Assembly: GCF_009914755.1 (NCBI RefSeq)
Contig: NC_060935.1
DNA: 64,000 bases
Reading direction: 5' to 3' (one strand)
Source of the DNA: the human T2T-CHM13v2.0 reference genome, Homo sapiens
The notes beneath the pieces were generated by a model, which was not told where the DNA came from, did no database searches, and worked only from the letters and a program-made list of their open reading frames with translations. This document shows, in pieces, positions 61,077 to 64,000 of the stretch. Numbering within the stretch: position 1 is the first letter of the stretch; every line of letters starts with the position of its first letter. Made by a program: the position numbers and the translations under genes.

Positions 61077-61823
61077 TTTGCAGGAAAGATAAGAAGCCTC
61101 TCAAGTTGGCATTCTGAACCCAAGCTCAGCCTTGTCAGGAGGCGCTGAAGTAGATCCGGCCGAGCAGCCGAGGGCCTGCGGGCAGGACCTCAGAGGCTTC
61201 TGAGACTTGGAGAAGTTGTAACAGGGAAAGGTTTATTCTATTTTTGATGTGATTTTTCTCTTTTGTGTCCTACAGTAGCCATCCTGATGCTGGTATAACC
61301 TAGGTATCTCTCTGTTCAGGAGTGAAACAAGATTTGGTACAGAAAAAAACCTAAAATAATATAGTAATAAACAGGGTTTGACATTTAAAATCTGATGACG
61401 CAACATGATTGCAGCCTCTTAAGTTGGGGAATTATTTTGAGAAGGGGTTTTCCAAACTCCTTTTATCTTTCATCTATTATATCAACAACTGAGCCTGAGG
61501 CACACATATCAAAAAACAGTCTCATGATTTAGACGGGATACTTTCAGCCCATTAGTCTATGAAGCCTCAGTGGCTCTATGTTAGAAAGAAAGAATGGGAA
61601 GAGGGGAGATGAGAGAGTAAAGATAGCAGAATGTCAGAATTTCTCAACTGGTTGTGTCTGATAGGTGGAGAGAAAAGTCACTGTACTGACTGAGGAATTT
61701 ATTCTGATTACAAGAATTGAAATTTCTATTACACAATGGGGGCAAGAAAGACAATATTTGAAAATCAGAGAATTCACTGGCTCCTTTACCTAATAGTCCT
61801 GTTCATTAGAAAACTGTAACGAT

Positions 61824-62266
<443 letters not shown>

Positions 62267-62509
62267 TCAGACATCACAGCCAGTTAAGGAAGTGGAGGCT
62301 GCAGCAAATATTTTTATATTGTTTAGTCATTTCATTTGCCTTCCTTGAACTCCACGGCTTTATAGCAAGAGCCCTGATGGTGGCTGCTTCGTGGTCTTTT
62401 TGGTGACAGAATGATGAATTGCTATCACCTCTCAAGCATAGGATTGTAATGAGAATTTGTGCATTCTCTCACCCAGATGAAGAAGAATGGATGCTCAGAG
62501 GCAAAATGG

Positions 62510-64000
62510 GTGGGGTGTGCTGGGTGTGCTGGCTTTCCTGCATTTACCCCTTTCGCACCCATTCCCTACCCTTCTCCAGCCTGCTCTCTGCCCCATATCA
62601 AATATGGATTATATCACTGGGCCCCCAAAGCCTCTGGACTCTGTTTGAGTGACCAGTGGGAAGCTAATGCAGATCAGCTGAAGGAAATAGTGTGAGGTCA
62701 CAGGCTTTGGTCTCCTGGTTCCCACTGTAGGACATGGCTTCGGGCTGGCTGTACTCCCAACAAAAAGTTGCTGCTCAACACACTTTCTTCCCAGTCCCAG
62801 CAACATCCTTTCCACCTCATCTCTTTAGGTTAAGGGTGGTGAAAATCCAACCTCCTCTTGCTCCAATCCCTCAACTCTCCTTGTGGTTCCCTTATTCCCT
62901 GCATAACCCTGTGTGATTAGACCCTTCATAAAAAAAACTTGTTGAAATGCTAATTTAATGTGCCATCTGTTTCCTATTTGAACCCAAATAATACTAACAT
63001 GTTTCTTGAGACTTTGGCTAAAACCTTGAGACAGCCAGGTGATATAGAAGAAGGTGTGCTGCCCAAGGTTGATGCCGCAAAGTACTGAAACAGGTGTTTT
63101 CAGGAGTTACAGGACCAATGGATAATGAGGGAGCTTTGACCCATGGGCTAGACTGTTTAACTGAAAAAGTGATGAGTATCTTAGGTTTGGTTACCTAGAA
63201 GCAGAATCTGAGATACGAATTCTAGTGCAAGTGATTCATTGAAAAAGTACTTTCAGGAATAACCTGTAAAGGAGTAAAGAAAGCAGAAGAGAGCAAGGGG
63301 AGAAACAAGGCACAAGCGTGGTTTCAGCTTAAGCATCAGGCTTAAGAGCATGCCAGGGGATAATTGACAGCACAGGCTCATCCCATCTCTAGGCAAAGGG
63401 GCAACCTCATGTGTCCCTGTATCAGTCATTTTTTTGTGTGTCACCCACAACAAGAGGCATTTCTAGGTGAGGTGGATCCCCTGATCCAAGAGCAATTCTC
63501 AAGAGAAGGGTGTCACTGGTAGCTATTAGTAGCTAATATTTATAGCACTGCCAAGTAAAGAGGACCTGGACAGGGCTCCAGTTGCATCTATTAGAGTCTA
63601 TACCTTATTCACTGGGATCAACTTGTTTCTCACAGTAAAAACTACTCTATCAAGGCAGTTTCCCCAAATTAGCCAGAATTTCTTGCAAATGTTTTTAGAG
63701 GAGGGTTAATAGGAAGAACTACTCTCCACTGCTGCAGTTGGTCAAGGGGACATAAGGTATATTTATTACGTCCTTCCTCTCCCACACCAGTCTCACTTCT
63801 GCTGGTCTAGGTGGCTTGACAGGTGGGATAACCCAGACCCTTATCCTTGAGGGGTCTGTGCTCCTGGTCTGTATGAACTTATGAGACTACGGCGTTGTAT
63901 TTTCCTATTCACATTTCACACTGGGCAGGAGAATAACAAGAGATGCCCCAGTGGGGCATGTTTATGAATATGTTTGCCTGAACACCAAACGTATTCCTTA
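62510..64000. mobile_element. Ancient ERVL-class LTR pieces (LTR16/LTR33-like) and internal sequence
   Basis: Degenerate motifs such as cctagaagcagaatctgagata...gcaagtgattcattg and ggataacccagacccttatccttgagg. Subfamily uncertain. Confidence 0.5.

Overview
Primate, almost certainly human, genomic DNA (AluY/AluS/AluJ, L1PA) from the PATE cluster, which from prior knowledge lies at chr11q24. One intact protein-coding gene is present: PATE1 (+ strand, 5 coding exons, 38943-41370). It encodes a 126-aa secreted Ly6/uPAR (LU) three-finger protein and has a TATA box and polyA signals; this copy encodes Arg47. Most of the window is interspersed repeat: three large L1PA elements, older L1M fragments, Alus, MST/MER4/ERVL LTR sequence, MER2, MIR and L2. 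Nearly all long ORFs in the track are L1 ORF1/ORF2 debris. The main feature not explained by PATE1 or repeats is a disrupted PATE-like three-finger paralogue at about 13.2-14.4 kb. It has canonical splice sites, 9 of 10 LU cysteines recoverable and a CCKTQDFCN terminus, and it lies just downstream of an L1 antisense promoter pointing at it. Fainter LU-exon-like remnants at 11.0, 35.9-36.6 and 38.1 kb suggest further decayed PATE genes; these are by-eye matches and may be chance. Two large L1s lack target-site duplications or have chimeric ends, which may be deletion scars. Repeat subfamily calls and repeat boundaries are approximate and from memory of consensus sequences.
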